The notes: generated by a model from the letters alone, not told the origin. A stretch of 64,000 nucleotides of DNA from Candidatus Moranbacteria bacterium GW2011_GWC2_40_12 (GCA_000995965.1 LBYD01000001.1:140923-204922), one strand, 5' to 3'; positions 18,692-28,841 are shown, numbered from the stretch's first letter. Program-made: numbers and translations.

Positions 18692-19783
18692 TTAGAGCTT
18701 GTTTATACTATTTTCGATGTAGTCTTTTATTCTACTCTTAAATATTTCCCTGTCAAATGGAAGAGCTTTTTCGCGAATTTGTTGGGAGTCAAATTTTCCG
18801 GGATCGAATTTTCTCAGGGCCGCAATCAGGCAACCAGATGTCTGCTTTTCAAAAAATATTCCCTCTTTCCCTTCTTCCACATGCTCCACGATATCGCCTC
18901 CCCGAAAAGCGACTATCGGCCTTCCGGCAGCCATCGCTTCAATGGCTACAATGCCAAAATCCTCCTCCTGGGGAAAAATAAAAGCTTTAGCTTCTGAATA
19001 TGTCTTAGCGAGTTCCTCGTCACTCAATCTTCCGGTAAATGTTATATTCGGCTTTGCCATTTTTGTGAGACGCTTCATGTCCGGACCCCGGCCAATGATC
19101 CTCAAGGGCCAGCCGAGCTCGTTAAAAGCCTCTACAACGATGTCAAAGCGCTTATAAGTCATCAGGCGTCCCACCATCAAAAAATAGTCGCCCGTCTTTT
19201 CACCGATACGGAACTTATTGACATCGACCGGCGGATTGATTATATCCGAATCTTTATTATAATATTTGTGAATTCGGCTAGCGACAAATTTTGAATTTGC
19301 AATATATTTGTCCGGTCTTTCGGCACTCACCCTGTCCCAAATCCTTATATAATTCATAAAAAACGGAACTATTTTTTTGACGATTCCCGGAAATCCGAAC
19401 TCATCAATATATTTTTGGCAATCATCCCACGCATATCTCATCGGAGTGTGGCAATAGCAAATATGGAGCGTTTCGGGTTTTGTGATGGCACCCTTTGCGT
19501 AACTCGATGAATCTGAGAGGACGATGTCATACCTCGAGAAATCAAATTGTTCGATGGCGGGTGGCATAAGCGGAGGAAAAACGCGATGATTGGCGCGGGA
19601 GTAGGGAAATTTCTGGAGAAAAGAGGTATAAATCCTTTTTTCCTTGAATATTCCGTGTGTTTTTTTCTCGTCATAAATCAGCGTATAAATAGGCGCATAT
19701 GGCCAAATTTCCGTGAAACATTCCAGCACTCTTTCCGCGCCGCCGTATTGGACGAGATAATCGTGGACTAGAGCGATTTTCAT
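18692..19783 (-). CDS. Glycosyltransferase family 4
   Basis: MKIALVHDYLVQYGGAERV N-terminus and EDFGIVAIEAMAAGRP motif. Confidence 0.85.
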   Translation of the reverse strand: MKIALVHDYLVQYGGAERVLECFTEIWPYAPIYTLIYDEKKTHGIFKEKRIYTSFLQKFPYSRANHRVFPPLMPPAIEQFDFSRYDIVLSDSSSYAKGAITKPETLHICYCHTPMRYAWDDCQKYIDEFGFPGIVKKIVPFFMNYIRIWDRVSAERPDKYIANSKFVASRIHKYYNKDSDIINPPVDVNKFRIGEKTGDYFLMVGRLMTYKRFDIVVEAFNELGWPLRIIGRGPDMKRLTKMAKPNITFTGRLSDEELAKTYSEAKAFIFPQEEDFGIVAIEAMAAGRPIVAFRGGDIVEHVEEGKEGIFFEKQTSGCLIAALRKFDPGKFDSQQIREKALPFDREIFKSRIKDYIENSINKL

Positions 19784-19904
19784 GAAATTCTCTAAGAATT
19801 AATAATCTGTATGAATATACAAATTGAAGCTGACAGTGAATAAATTGTAGCCTTTTTATGGGTTTTTGGCAAAATAATATTCTTGAAATGTAGCGTCTAA
19901 ATTT

Positions 19905-19920
19905 TTATGCATATGCATAA
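19905..19920. promoter_or_regulatory. Perfect 16-nt palindrome TTATGCATATGCATAA upstream of the GT operon
   Basis: Self-complementary 16-mer in an AT-rich spacer about 120 nt upstream of the 19783 start codon. Candidate operator. Confidence 0.35.
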
Positions 19921-19940
19921 AAATGACAATAATAAAAGGC

Positions 19941-20110
19941 AGTCGGATGACCGCCTATATGCTTGACGGGAGTTGAACTTCTTTTAAGATATATCGAGCT
20001 TCACTTGGAAAGGCGGAAATGGCTGCCCCGACACAAAACCAGAGCGTGACCTTGATGTAACCCAACGTAGTGTTGGTATAACCCTTGCTCCTCGTTGCGG
20101 AGAAATTTTT
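19941..20110. ncRNA. Candidate structured RNA or cis-regulatory element (unidentified)
   Basis: Relatively GC-rich segment in a 433-nt spacer. Nested complementary pairs GGCAG/CTGCC and CCGCC/GGCGG. No convincing ORF and no match to an RNA family I can name. Confidence 0.25.
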
Positions 20111-20216
20111 TAAGAAAATAATTGCAGTTTGCGACAAAATGTGAAATTTGCATGTTGTTAGAAACATACTCACTACAATTAGTTGTAGTGATAATAATCG
20201 AAATTACCGGCTTAAA

Positions 20217-20810
20217 TTATTTCAAAATCTCCTTCGACTGCTTTTTTTTGTATAGACTTATTCCGAAGAAAAGAATCACTGCGGCGGCAAAAATAATATA
20301 TCCCGCGTATTTGATGTATTCGCTGATTTTTTCGGCCGCGTAGCCGAAAAAATAACCGATGATGACTAATAAAGAACTCCAAACAAGTCCGCCGAGAATT
20401 GAAAATTTGACGAATTTTGAAAGCCGCATTTTGAGCGTTCCAGCCGTGATGAAGGTGATATAGCTCAAGCCAGTCGTGGATTTCACATAGAAAATTATTC
20501 TTCCGCTGTTTTCATTGAATTGTTTCCGCAGTTTTTGGCTGGTTGATTGGCTGATTTTCAAAAAACTTTCAACTCTTGGGAGAATCTTTTGTCCGCCGAA
20601 ATATCCAATAGAGTAGAGCACGATGTCGCCGAGGACGTCGCCTGCCGCACTTAAACCAAAAACCACAAAGATATTGAAATACCCAAGTGAAGACAAAAAA
20701 GCCGCGACTATGGTCACTATCGGTCCCTCGAGAGTCATGAGAAGCAACATGGTTGGATATCCCCAAAGAGACAAAATATGAATCAGTTCCTGGGAAGGAT
20801 GCTGGAACAT
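20217..20810 (-). CDS. DedA/VTT (SNARE-associated) family membrane protein
   Basis: LEGPIVTIVAAFLSSLGYFNIFVVFGLSAAGDVLGD signature. 197 aa. Confidence 0.8.
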   Translation of the reverse strand: MFQHPSQELIHILSLWGYPTMLLLMTLEGPIVTIVAAFLSSLGYFNIFVVFGLSAAGDVLGDIVLYSIGYFGGQKILPRVESFLKISQSTSQKLRKQFNENSGRIIFYVKSTTGLSYITFITAGTLKMRLSKFVKFSILGGLVWSSLLVIIGYFFGYAAEKISEYIKYAGYIIFAAAVILFFGISLYKKKQSKEILK

Positions 20811-20818
20811 GGCATTTT

Positions 20819-20912
20819 TTACGAATTACGAATACGCTTCGCTCTACGAATATACTAATTACGAATTCTTTGCATTCGTAAATTCGTAAGGGATTCGTAA
20901 TTCGTAATATGT
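20819..20912. repeat. Imperfect 94-nt palindrome built from four TACGAAT and four ATTCGTA units
   Basis: TTACGAATTACGAAT...TACGAAT...TTACGAATTC // ATTCGTAAATTCGTAAGGGATTCGTAATTCGTAAT. The outer 15-mers are exact reverse complements. Confidence 0.6.
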
Positions 20913-22345
20913 TACAAGTTTTTTCTTTTCTTGAGCAGAACAAAAAAAGTCTTGAAAAGTATTTCAATATCCATCCAAAGAGACCAGTTTTCAATATAAT
21001 AAATATCGAGCCGCGCCTCGTCCGTGAAGCTCAAGTCTGATCGGCCGGATATTTGGGCGAGGCCCGTGATGCCTGGCTTCACGGACAGAGTTCTTTTTTG
21101 CCAGGTTTCGTATTTTTCGACTTCACGCGGCTGGTGAGGACGCGGTCCGACCAAACTCATATCGCCCTTGAAGACATTCCAAAGTTGGGGAAGCTCGTCA
21201 ATCGAAAACGCTTCGATAATTCTCCCAACGCGGGTTTTTCGGGGGTCGTTTTTGATTTTATAAAGCGGCCCTCGACGGACACTTTGTTTTTCGATAAGCT
21301 CGTTTTCGAGCTCCAATGCCTTTTTGAATTCGGGATTCTGCGCGCCGGTGCAATGCTCCATCTTCATATAACGAAATTTATATACATTAAAATATCCTTC
21401 GTGGCCAACTCGCTCGTTTTTGAAAATAATCGGGCCTCTGGAATCGAGCTTGATCGCGATTGCAGTGAGAATCGTGATGGGCAATGAAATTATAATCCCG
21501 AGCGCAGAACCGGCAATATCAAATATTCTTTTCGCTATTTTCCCCCATCCCTCCAAGGGAGTGTTTTTTATGACGATGAGAGGTTCCTCGAATAACACCC
21601 TGACTTCGAAATTTGTGCTGATGGATTGAAGAATGGCTGGAACAAATTTGAATTCAATTCTTTTTCTGTGGCAAAAGTCGCTGACATGCCGAAGGTCTCT
21701 CATTGTGAGATTGGGATCACAGATAAGGATTTCATCAATCCCCTTTGTTTTCTGGAGGATTCTCAGGGAATCGAGGTTGATATTTTTCTCCCTTGATATG
21801 ATCTTGTATCCGAAATCGGGCTTGTTCTTGAATTCATGGCAAATCGTATCGCAATAGCTTCCCTCCCCAATCAGCACCAGGCGATGGATGCCGATGCCCT
21901 TATAAACAAGTAGGAGCTTTTGGATGAAATTGATTACATATCGGGAAATTGTGATGAGGACGACCGCCAGAAACCATCCGGTAAGGATGACAAAACGAGA
22001 AGAAAACCATTCCCTTTGAAGAAATATCAAAAGGACAACAAGAGTGACTCCCACTGTTACTGAAAAAATAATTTGGAAGAATTCTTTCCAAAAAACACGT
22101 GTTGATTTGAGGGAATAAAGTCCTTCTAAGGCAAAAATCAACAGAAAAAACGGCGCTACAAAAAAAGCCACCTTCAAATAGGATTGAAAGGGGAAATCAA
22201 AGAGAACCGGTTTTATTTCGATTACACTAGGTGTAAAGCGAAACCAATATGCGAGAACAGCCGCCGCTATTATCATTATAAAATCAACCGGAACAAGGAG
22301 AATAGCAAAAAATAGTTCAGACTTCTTCATGAAGTTCAATAGCAA
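20912..22345 (-). CDS. Polyprenyl-phosphate hexose-1-phosphate transferase (WbaP/bacterial sugar transferase family), initiating enzyme
   Basis: N-terminal TM block. C-terminal bacterial sugar transferase domain ([14 protein letters not shown]...[21 protein letters not shown]). Confidence 0.9.
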   Translation of the reverse strand: MLLNFMKKSELFFAILLVPVDFIMIIAAAVLAYWFRFTPSVIEIKPVLFDFPFQSYLKVAFFVAPFFLLIFALEGLYSLKSTRVFWKEFFQIIFSVTVGVTLVVLLIFLQREWFSSRFVILTGWFLAVVLITISRYVINFIQKLLLVYKGIGIHRLVLIGEGSYCDTICHEFKNKPDFGYKIISREKNINLDSLRILQKTKGIDEILICDPNLTMRDLRHVSDFCHRKRIEFKFVPAILQSISTNFEVRVLFEEPLIVIKNTPLEGWGKIAKRIFDIAGSALGIIISLPITILTAIAIKLDSRGPIIFKNERVGHEGYFNVYKFRYMKMEHCTGAQNPEFKKALELENELIEKQSVRRGPLYKIKNDPRKTRVGRIIEAFSIDELPQLWNVFKGDMSLVGPRPHQPREVEKYETWQKRTLSVKPGITGLAQISGRSDLSFTDEARLDIYYIENWSLWMDIEILFKTFFVLLKKRKNL

Positions 22346-22380
22346 TTACAAATCTCCAGGAATCAAACATTGCAAATTGT

Positions 22381-23021
22381 TAGTTCGAGGCCTATAAGCC
22401 GGATTCTGTCTTATCCCTCGCCACTTTCACCAAAAATAATTGGTGTAACTTTCAGTAATTCGCGGGGAATAAAGTCACAAAAAGTGGTGAGGGATGAGAT
22501 AATCATTTATCTGGTCCCAATGTTGCCATTGGGATCGAGCGTCTCCTCCGACACAACGCCGGAGTTCAGACTTGCACCAGGCAGGGTTTGCCAAGCTTCG
22601 ATCGTCACCAATCGATTCCAATTGCAGCTGCCGTTCAGGCTTTCACTGGGGTCGGGTCCAAACTCGCCCAAGGAGGCGGTGCGACCCCTTCAAGCAAAAG
22701 CCTGAACAGACAACATCAATCGGCTTTTCACCTTTTTCCCGACTTTGGCGCCGGGATCGTATAGTCTCTGTGGCACTTTCCCTAAATACGTCTTTCAACG
22801 CCTCCGATGGGTGTTATCCATTGCCCATTTCCCGCTCAAATTTTTGATGATGTCCGTCCGCATTCCTTTTCAATCGCGCGGTCTGACATCTTGAAAACAA
22901 AAATTTGAGCGGGGGTGTCCGGACTTTCCTCCTGCCCAAGTTTTTAGATGCACTTCTTTCAATTTGCGCCATAGGTGCAAGCCCAAAAACTTGAGCGGGC
23001 GATTATCCGGCCTCGACTAAC
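22381..23021 (-). ncRNA. rnpB: RNase P RNA (bacterial type, unusually long at about 640 nt)
   Basis: Minus-strand read contains GGAGGAAAGUCCGGAC (P4 5' strand), AGUGCCACAGAGA (the P10/11 GUGCNACAGAAA box) and ACAGAAUCCGGCUUAUAGGCCUCGAAC (P4 3' strand and P1). GUCGAGGCC at the 5' end pairs with GGCCUCGA at the 3' end (P1). Extended P3 and P12 hairpins. Confidence 0.85.
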
Positions 23022-23096
23022 TTACTATATTATAGCATATTCAGACATTTGTCAATTTAAAGAAAACAAAAGAGGCTTTTATAAGCCTATTACACC

Positions 23097-23546
23097 CTAA
23101 AACATCCTGCTTTGAGCTCTTGTCGCTTCATCAAGCGCTAAATTAGCCAGCCTATCTGCTTCCGAATTTTTTGATCTCGGAATATGAAAATATTTTACTT
23201 CTTTGAATTCAATAGAAAGATTCCAGACCAAAAGAAAAAATTTTTGGATATTTTCTTCAAGCACTTTATATTCATGATTGAGCTGTTTCACGACCAGCTC
23301 GCTGTCCAAAAAACATTCGAGGGCCATTTTTTTGCTTTTGGACTTTCCGAAGATGAGCTTCACCTTTTGCAGGGCAAAAATGAGCGCCTTATACTCAGCT
23401 TCATTGTTGGTTGCATATCCGATAAATTCCCGATACGTTTTCCTGCTGCCACTTGTTTCAATGACAATGCCCACTGCCGAAGGCCCGGGATTGCCTCGCG
23501 CGGCGCCGTCAGAGAAAATTTTTATTTTGTTCATATAAAATTTCAA
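23097..23546 (-). CDS. rnhA: Ribonuclease HI
   Basis: FSDGAARGNPGPSAVG, NNEAEYKAL, D.ELVVKQL and NSEADRLAN carry the DEDD catalytic residues. The likely ATGA start overlaps the recJ stop. Confidence 0.85.
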   Translation of the reverse strand: MKFYMNKIKIFSDGAARGNPGPSAVGIVIETSGSRKTYREFIGYATNNEAEYKALIFALQKVKLIFGKSKSKKMALECFLDSELVVKQLNHEYKVLEENIQKFFLLVWNLSIEFKEVKYFHIPRSKNSEADRLANLALDEATRAQSRMF

Positions 23547-25258
23547 TTAATGCGGCTATCATTTCTGATATCGACAATATTCATTTCGATTTTGTGGTTT
23601 CCGTTCCATTCGTTTGACCGCAGGCTGCAAACAACGGAAACTTTGTTTCCCACCCGAAAATCAGGAAAAAGTTTTCCCCCTTTGAAAAATATCCCCTCAA
23701 AATATTTTTTTTCTGAATCATTGGAGCTAAAAACAAATTTCAAGTGCTTTTGCCCGTTTCCGACCTGACGAATATCCTGAATAATCAGTTCCCGCGCCAA
23801 GAAGACGGGTTCGCGGTTTCCTTCTCCAAAAGGCTCAAATCTTTTGATTTCGGAAATAATGTCCCAATCAACCTCTTGAGGCCTTATTTCAGCGTCAATT
23901 TGGATCCGCTTTCCCCAGGTATTTTCATCATAACTCTTTTCAATTATTTTCAGCAAATCTTTTTCGAATCGCGCCAGGTTCTTCGGCTTCACCTTGATTC
24001 CCATGGCTTGAGAATGCCCCCCGTACTTTTCGACCAGGCTGTCTAAACGTGAAACCGCTTCGATGAGATTGAAAACATCAATGCTTCTTCCCGAACCTTC
24101 GACAATCTCCTTGTTTTCGCGCAGAATAAACGTCGGGCAATGATATTCATCGGATATCTTTCCGGCCACGATTCCCAAAATTCCGAGCGGCCAATTTTTT
24201 CCTTTGCGAATTATCAATTTGTGGCAAACATCATCTTTCAAAGTGGACTTTATCTCATCGAAAATCACTTGTGTCATTTTCTGGCGTTCGCTGTTTTTTG
24301 CTTCAAGTTCAAGGGCGGCCACGCGGGCTTTGGCGGTGTCTTTTTCGAGAAGCAGCATAAGCGTGAGATCGGCGTGATCCATTCTCCCGGCGGCGTTGAA
24401 ACGGGGTCCAATTTGAAAAGCGATATTTTCTGCGCTCGGCGGATTTGCTTCACTGATATTCAGCCGGGCGGTTTTTATAATCTCCTGAATGCCGGTTCGT
24501 TTAGTTTTTTGGAGAACGACCAGGCCATATTTGGCAAAAATCCTATTCTCTTCAATCAGCGGAACGCAATCAGCGATCGTTCCGATTGCGACCAGATCCA
24601 AAAGCCATTTTAGCTGCCCAATTTTTTTCGGAATGAATTTTTCCCAGAGAGCCTGACAAAGTTTGAAGGTTACGCCAACTCCGGCTAAATCCTCAAACGG
24701 GTATTTTTGATCCGGCAGTTTCGGATTGATCAGAATACATCCTTTCGGGAGATGCCTTGGAAGGGAATGGTGGTCTACAACGACGATGTCCATTCCTTGC
24801 TTTCGGGCATATTTGATTTCCTCACTATTTGATATTCCGCAATCAACAGTGACAAGCAGCTTTGTTTCATATTCTTTTTTTATATAGTCGATAGCCGCTT
24901 CATTCAATCCGTAACCTTCCTTGTTGCGATCCGGAATGTATGTTGACGGAAAAATGCCAATTTCCTCCAAAGATTCCTTAAGAAGGACGGTTGAGGTTAT
25001 ACCATCAGCGTCATAGTCTCCGTAAACTGTCACAGTTTCTTTTTTATCCTTGGCTTTGCCGATTCTTTCCACCGCTTCGCCGATCCCCGAAAGATTATCC
25101 GGGCAATAAAGATCTTCATATCGGGCAGAAAGGAATTTTTCTATCTGCTCTTTAGAAAAAAAACCTCTCTGAAGAAGTAATCGGAGAGTAATTGGATTCA
25201 ATGGTTCGGATTTTAGTTCGTCCGGAATTTCCGGATTTTTTTTAAGAGACCACTTCAT
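23543..25258 (-). CDS. recJ: Single-stranded-DNA-specific exonuclease RecJ
   Basis: DHH family motifs (VYGDYDADGITS, VTVDCG, VVVDHH), a DHHA1 domain and a C-terminal OB fold. 571 aa. Confidence 0.9.
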   Translation of the reverse strand: MKWSLKKNPEIPDELKSEPLNPITLRLLLQRGFFSKEQIEKFLSARYEDLYCPDNLSGIGEAVERIGKAKDKKETVTVYGDYDADGITSTVLLKESLEEIGIFPSTYIPDRNKEGYGLNEAAIDYIKKEYETKLLVTVDCGISNSEEIKYARKQGMDIVVVDHHSLPRHLPKGCILINPKLPDQKYPFEDLAGVGVTFKLCQALWEKFIPKKIGQLKWLLDLVAIGTIADCVPLIEENRIFAKYGLVVLQKTKRTGIQEIIKTARLNISEANPPSAENIAFQIGPRFNAAGRMDHADLTLMLLLEKDTAKARVAALELEAKNSERQKMTQVIFDEIKSTLKDDVCHKLIIRKGKNWPLGILGIVAGKISDEYHCPTFILRENKEIVEGSGRSIDVFNLIEAVSRLDSLVEKYGGHSQAMGIKVKPKNLARFEKDLLKIIEKSYDENTWGKRIQIDAEIRPQEVDWDIISEIKRFEPFGEGNREPVFLARELIIQDIRQVGNGQKHLKFVFSSNDSEKKYFEGIFFKGGKLFPDFRVGNKVSVVCSLRSNEWNGNHKIEMNIVDIRNDSRIN

Positions 25259-25304
25259 GCCAATAAATTTATGTTTTGCGCACGCTTATTATTTTCTTTA
25301 TGTT

Positions 25305-25874
25305 TCATATAACTAAGTCGCACTTCGGACATTTCAAAACCGCGTCATATCCGCTGCCCTCTTGCTTTGGAATCACTTCCAGTATCATTTTTTGCTGACA
25401 GCTGGGACAGCTGAAATTTTTGCTTTCCAGGGTTTTGGCCAGTCTTGGCGCATCCCAGGCGTAGGGATCGAAACTCAACCGAAAACTCACGCCAGCCTTC
25501 ATCAGGCTTTTTATTTTTTCGACAATCTCATTGATTGATGATGATCCTTGCACAATAAACTCGCTTATGCCCAGCTCCTGGGATTTTACTCGGTCCTCTT
25601 CCCGTCCCAGATGCGAAAGAATGGCAACCGGGATGTTTTTCGTCTGGACGTTATCCTGAAGAGTTTTGATAAGTTGAAATCCATCCATACGAGGCATAAC
25701 AATGCCAGTTAATATAACATTTGGGATCTCCTTGGTGGCGAAATCAGCCCCTTCAATTCCGTCAACCGCAGTGAGGACATCAAACCCCTTTTGCTTGAAA
25801 ATCTGTGCATATGTTTCCCTGACAACATCGCTATCGTCGACTATAAGAATTTTTGGTTTTTTTTCTTCAGCCAT
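25305..25874 (-). CDS. Response regulator receiver (REC) protein with a C-terminal C4 zinc ribbon
   Basis: KILIVDDSDVVRE...D54-like aspartate in NVILTGIVMPRMDGF...T...K. C-terminal CPSCQQK...CPKCD. Start set at ATG (MAEEKK); the ORF track uses an upstream TTG. Confidence 0.7.
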   Translation of the reverse strand: MAEEKKPKILIVDDSDVVRETYAQIFKQKGFDVLTAVDGIEGADFATKEIPNVILTGIVMPRMDGFQLIKTLQDNVQTKNIPVAILSHLGREEDRVKSQELGISEFIVQGSSSINEIVEKIKSLMKAGVSFRLSFDPYAWDAPRLAKTLESKNFSCPSCQQKMILEVIPKQEGSGYDAVLKCPKCDLVI

Positions 25875-25892
25875 ATTTTTCAAAGCTTATCT

Positions 25893-27968
25893 TTAGAGAT
25901 AAATTTTAGCGTCCAATATTTGGTAGCTTTTGCCATCATTATAAATCATCGCCGGATTAATATCAATCTGCGATATTTCAGGGTTTTCGACGGCGATGTC
26001 CTTGACAGCAGAGGCAATTTTCGCTATTTCTCCAAATTTGTACCCTTTCTCGCCTCGAAATCCCTTAAGAATAGGAAATATCCTCAAATTAAACATGCTT
26101 TCGATGACGTCTTTTTCAAAAAAAGGGGGGATGAGTATGACGCGGTCCTTGTCTATTTCCGTAAATGTTCCGCCGCTGCCGACAAGGACAACCGGTCCGA
26201 AGGTCGGGTCCCTTTTCATGCCGACTATTATTTCAAGACCGGATTCGGCCATCGGCTGAATAAGGAAATTTCCGGCGCCGGTGGTTTTTTTGATCTTGTT
26301 CCAGGCATTTTTCAGCTCCCGGCTATTTTTAATATCCAAGGCGACGGCTTTTTTCTCCCAGCGGTGGGCAATTTGAGGATCGTCTGTTTTTAGCACGCAG
26401 GGAAATTTCAGTTTTTTTAGACAAGCTTCTTTCAGGCTTTTCGCGCAAACGGACTTTGCCAAAGAAATGCCGTATTCCCGGAAAATATTTTCTGTCTCTT
26501 GCCAAAAAAGCATTTTTCTTTTTTCAGCAATAGCTTTTTTTATAATTTGGCTTCCTTTGGGTTTCGAGCGAGCGGATTGCTTCCCAGCCGTGGAAAAAAC
26601 AACCCTGCGGCAAGAATTTTGCCCCATTGCCTCCTGAAGCGCCATCAGCGCCCTTTCAGGACTTTCGAAATTTGGTATCTTTAGCCTCTCTAACTCTTGA
26701 AGGGCCGGCTTTATTTTTGTTCCGCCAACGAAGGAAGTAGACATCGAACCTATTTTTTTTCGATAACGTCCTAGTATTTTCGCGACCACAGTGGGATTTG
26801 ACTGGTTTTGCGGCGTAAGGAGAATAAGAAACGAATAATTTTTCAAATTTTGTGACAGAATTTCAAGAACCGCTTTATAGCGTTCTGGAGGCGCATCCCC
26901 TAGGATATCAATGGGATTTTCGGCAGAAGCACCAGGAGGAAGGACGCTTCGCAAGGATTTTTTCAGGTTTCTGGAAAATGACAGGAGTTTCAGTTTTTTG
27001 TCAGCGCCGACAAAGTCCGCCGAAAGAACGCCTAATCCGCCGGCATTTGTAATAATGATAATTTCATTGCTCTTCGGAATTTTGTTGAATTCAAGATATG
27101 AAATTATATCTTGAAATTCTTCTACCGAATGGGGCTGGATGATGCCATATTTTTCAAAAACCGCTTTAATGATGCTTTCATCCTGGGCGAGAGATCCCGT
27201 GTGCGATGTAATGGCTTTCTGTCCCGCTTTGCTTTTGCCGGCCTTTATGACCGCGATCGGTTTTTTGCAATTGAAACCGGCAATGGCGGAAACAAAATCC
27301 GCGCCGTTTTTTACATCCTCGAGATAAAGCGCAATTGCGTTTGTGTCCTTATCCCGAAAAAGATATCTCAATATATCGCTTTCGCCAAGAACTGCCTTAT
27401 TTCCGATGGAAATCGCTTTTGAAAAACCGGCTTTATTTTCCTCCGCCCAGTCAAGAAGAGCAACTTCGAGCGCTCCGGACTGCGAAACAACAGCTATTTT
27501 TCCTTCTTTGATCCTCGCATCGGTGAATGTCGCGTTCAAACTTTCCGAAGTGTTGATGAAACCCAGGCAATTGGGGCCGAGGATATTGAGCTTGTGCCTC
27601 ATGGCTATATTTTTCAACTCATCTTCAAATCTTTTCCCGCTTCTTCCCGTTTCTTTGAAGCCGGCGGAAATAACAACAAAATTTTCAATTTTTGGCTTCG
27701 ATATGGCGCCTTCTTCAAGAACCGCATTCACCCGCGGCGCCGGAATGGCGACCAGGACGAGGTCGACCGGTTTTTTTATCTCGTTCAAGCTCGCGAAGCA
27801 TCTTCTTGCCCCGATATTTTTGTGTTTTGGATTGACAAAATATAATTTTCCTCTCCATCCTCCGTCCAAAATATTGCGCGCCAAAATATTTCCCAATTTT
27901 TCATTTTTGGGGGAAGCGCCAACGATGGCGATGGATTTTGGATTAAAGAATAAATTGAGATCTTTCAT
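25893..27968 (-). CDS. Acetate--CoA ligase (ADP-forming), fused alpha/beta subunits (acetyl-CoA synthetase, ADP-forming)
   Basis: N-terminal CoA-binding SIAIVGAS motif. Succinyl-CoA-synthetase-like ligase domain. C-terminal ATP-grasp. 691 aa. Confidence 0.85.
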   Translation of the reverse strand: MKDLNLFFNPKSIAIVGASPKNEKLGNILARNILDGGWRGKLYFVNPKHKNIGARRCFASLNEIKKPVDLVLVAIPAPRVNAVLEEGAISKPKIENFVVISAGFKETGRSGKRFEDELKNIAMRHKLNILGPNCLGFINTSESLNATFTDARIKEGKIAVVSQSGALEVALLDWAEENKAGFSKAISIGNKAVLGESDILRYLFRDKDTNAIALYLEDVKNGADFVSAIAGFNCKKPIAVIKAGKSKAGQKAITSHTGSLAQDESIIKAVFEKYGIIQPHSVEEFQDIISYLEFNKIPKSNEIIIITNAGGLGVLSADFVGADKKLKLLSFSRNLKKSLRSVLPPGASAENPIDILGDAPPERYKAVLEILSQNLKNYSFLILLTPQNQSNPTVVAKILGRYRKKIGSMSTSFVGGTKIKPALQELERLKIPNFESPERALMALQEAMGQNSCRRVVFSTAGKQSARSKPKGSQIIKKAIAEKRKMLFWQETENIFREYGISLAKSVCAKSLKEACLKKLKFPCVLKTDDPQIAHRWEKKAVALDIKNSRELKNAWNKIKKTTGAGNFLIQPMAESGLEIIVGMKRDPTFGPVVLVGSGGTFTEIDKDRVILIPPFFEKDVIESMFNLRIFPILKGFRGEKGYKFGEIAKIASAVKDIAVENPEISQIDINPAMIYNDGKSYQILDAKIYL

Positions 27969-28834
27969 TTTGCTAGTAATCCTTTTGTCGTTCCAACATA
28001 GCGCACGACATTAGCGCTGTTCAGGATTCCCATTTTCAAGCTTTTTTCAATTGAAGCGCCTCGAATATACATTCCCAAAAATCCACTCGCGAAAGCGTCC
28101 CCGGCGCCGGTGACATCAACAGTTTTAACTTTTTTTATCGGCGAATAGAATATTTTCTGGCCGTCGGAGCAGTAAGCGCCTTTTCTTCCGTCCGTGAGGC
28201 AAATGATTTTGGGGCCGAAGCCGTGTAAGTATTTGAATACGTATTTAACCGAATAATTGTTTTCTGGCGATCCGTCTGTCAATTTTGACATAATTTCAAC
28301 CGCTTCGTTGCGGTTCAGAAAAATAATTTCTGCGTTTTTCAATATTCTTATCAAATTTTTATACCCGTCTCGAATCATACTTGTGCTTGGAGCGACAATC
28401 AGCTTCGCGTTATTTTTCTTTATATAAGCCAGAATTTCGTTTGCCTGCCCGCTCCAGTTTCCGGTGAGCGAAGAAACGGAGAGATATTTTGTTTTTTTGT
28501 TTCGAAGCGGCTTGAGATTCACATCGCCTGATGATTTTTGGTAGAATATCACCCGTTCACCCGTTTTTTTGTCGACTATAATCACAGAGGTGGCCGGTTT
28601 GGCCGGCCCCAGCGGAAAAGAATTCAAGCCCAGCTTTTTTGTTCCCAGCGACAAATTTGTCGCCACTCCGCCGCCGCTTTCCACAATTTTTTGAACAGAT
28701 ATTTTTTCTCCCAATTCAAAGCCGAGCCATTCGGGAGCAAGCTTATCTTTGGGAGTCTTGAAAATTTTCCCCCGGTCAGTGAGAAGAAAGAAATCTTGGG
28801 TGATTGAACCGATAGAGATTAAATCGTATATCAT
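27965..28834 (-). CDS. PfkB-family carbohydrate/nucleoside kinase (ribokinase-like)
   Basis: N-terminal ISIGSITQD and C-terminal DVTGAGDAFASGFL anion-hole motif. 4-nt overlap with the gene upstream. Confidence 0.8.
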   Translation of the reverse strand: MIYDLISIGSITQDFFLLTDRGKIFKTPKDKLAPEWLGFELGEKISVQKIVESGGGVATNLSLGTKKLGLNSFPLGPAKPATSVIIVDKKTGERVIFYQKSSGDVNLKPLRNKKTKYLSVSSLTGNWSGQANEILAYIKKNNAKLIVAPSTSMIRDGYKNLIRILKNAEIIFLNRNEAVEIMSKLTDGSPENNYSVKYVFKYLHGFGPKIICLTDGRKGAYCSDGQKIFYSPIKKVKTVDVTGAGDAFASGFLGMYIRGASIEKSLKMGILNSANVVRYVGTTKGLLAK

Positions 28835-28841
28835 ATGATAT

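Noticed and set aside
19955-20173. 72-aa minus-strand ORF in the GT-operon upstream spacer
   Set aside because: No start context and no conservation signal. The region is better explained as a regulatory or structured-RNA spacer.
22370-22847. Plus-strand ORFs 22370-22705 and 22572-22847
   Set aside because: Lie inside the RNase P RNA gene, whose conserved P4 and P1 elements are clear on the minus strand.
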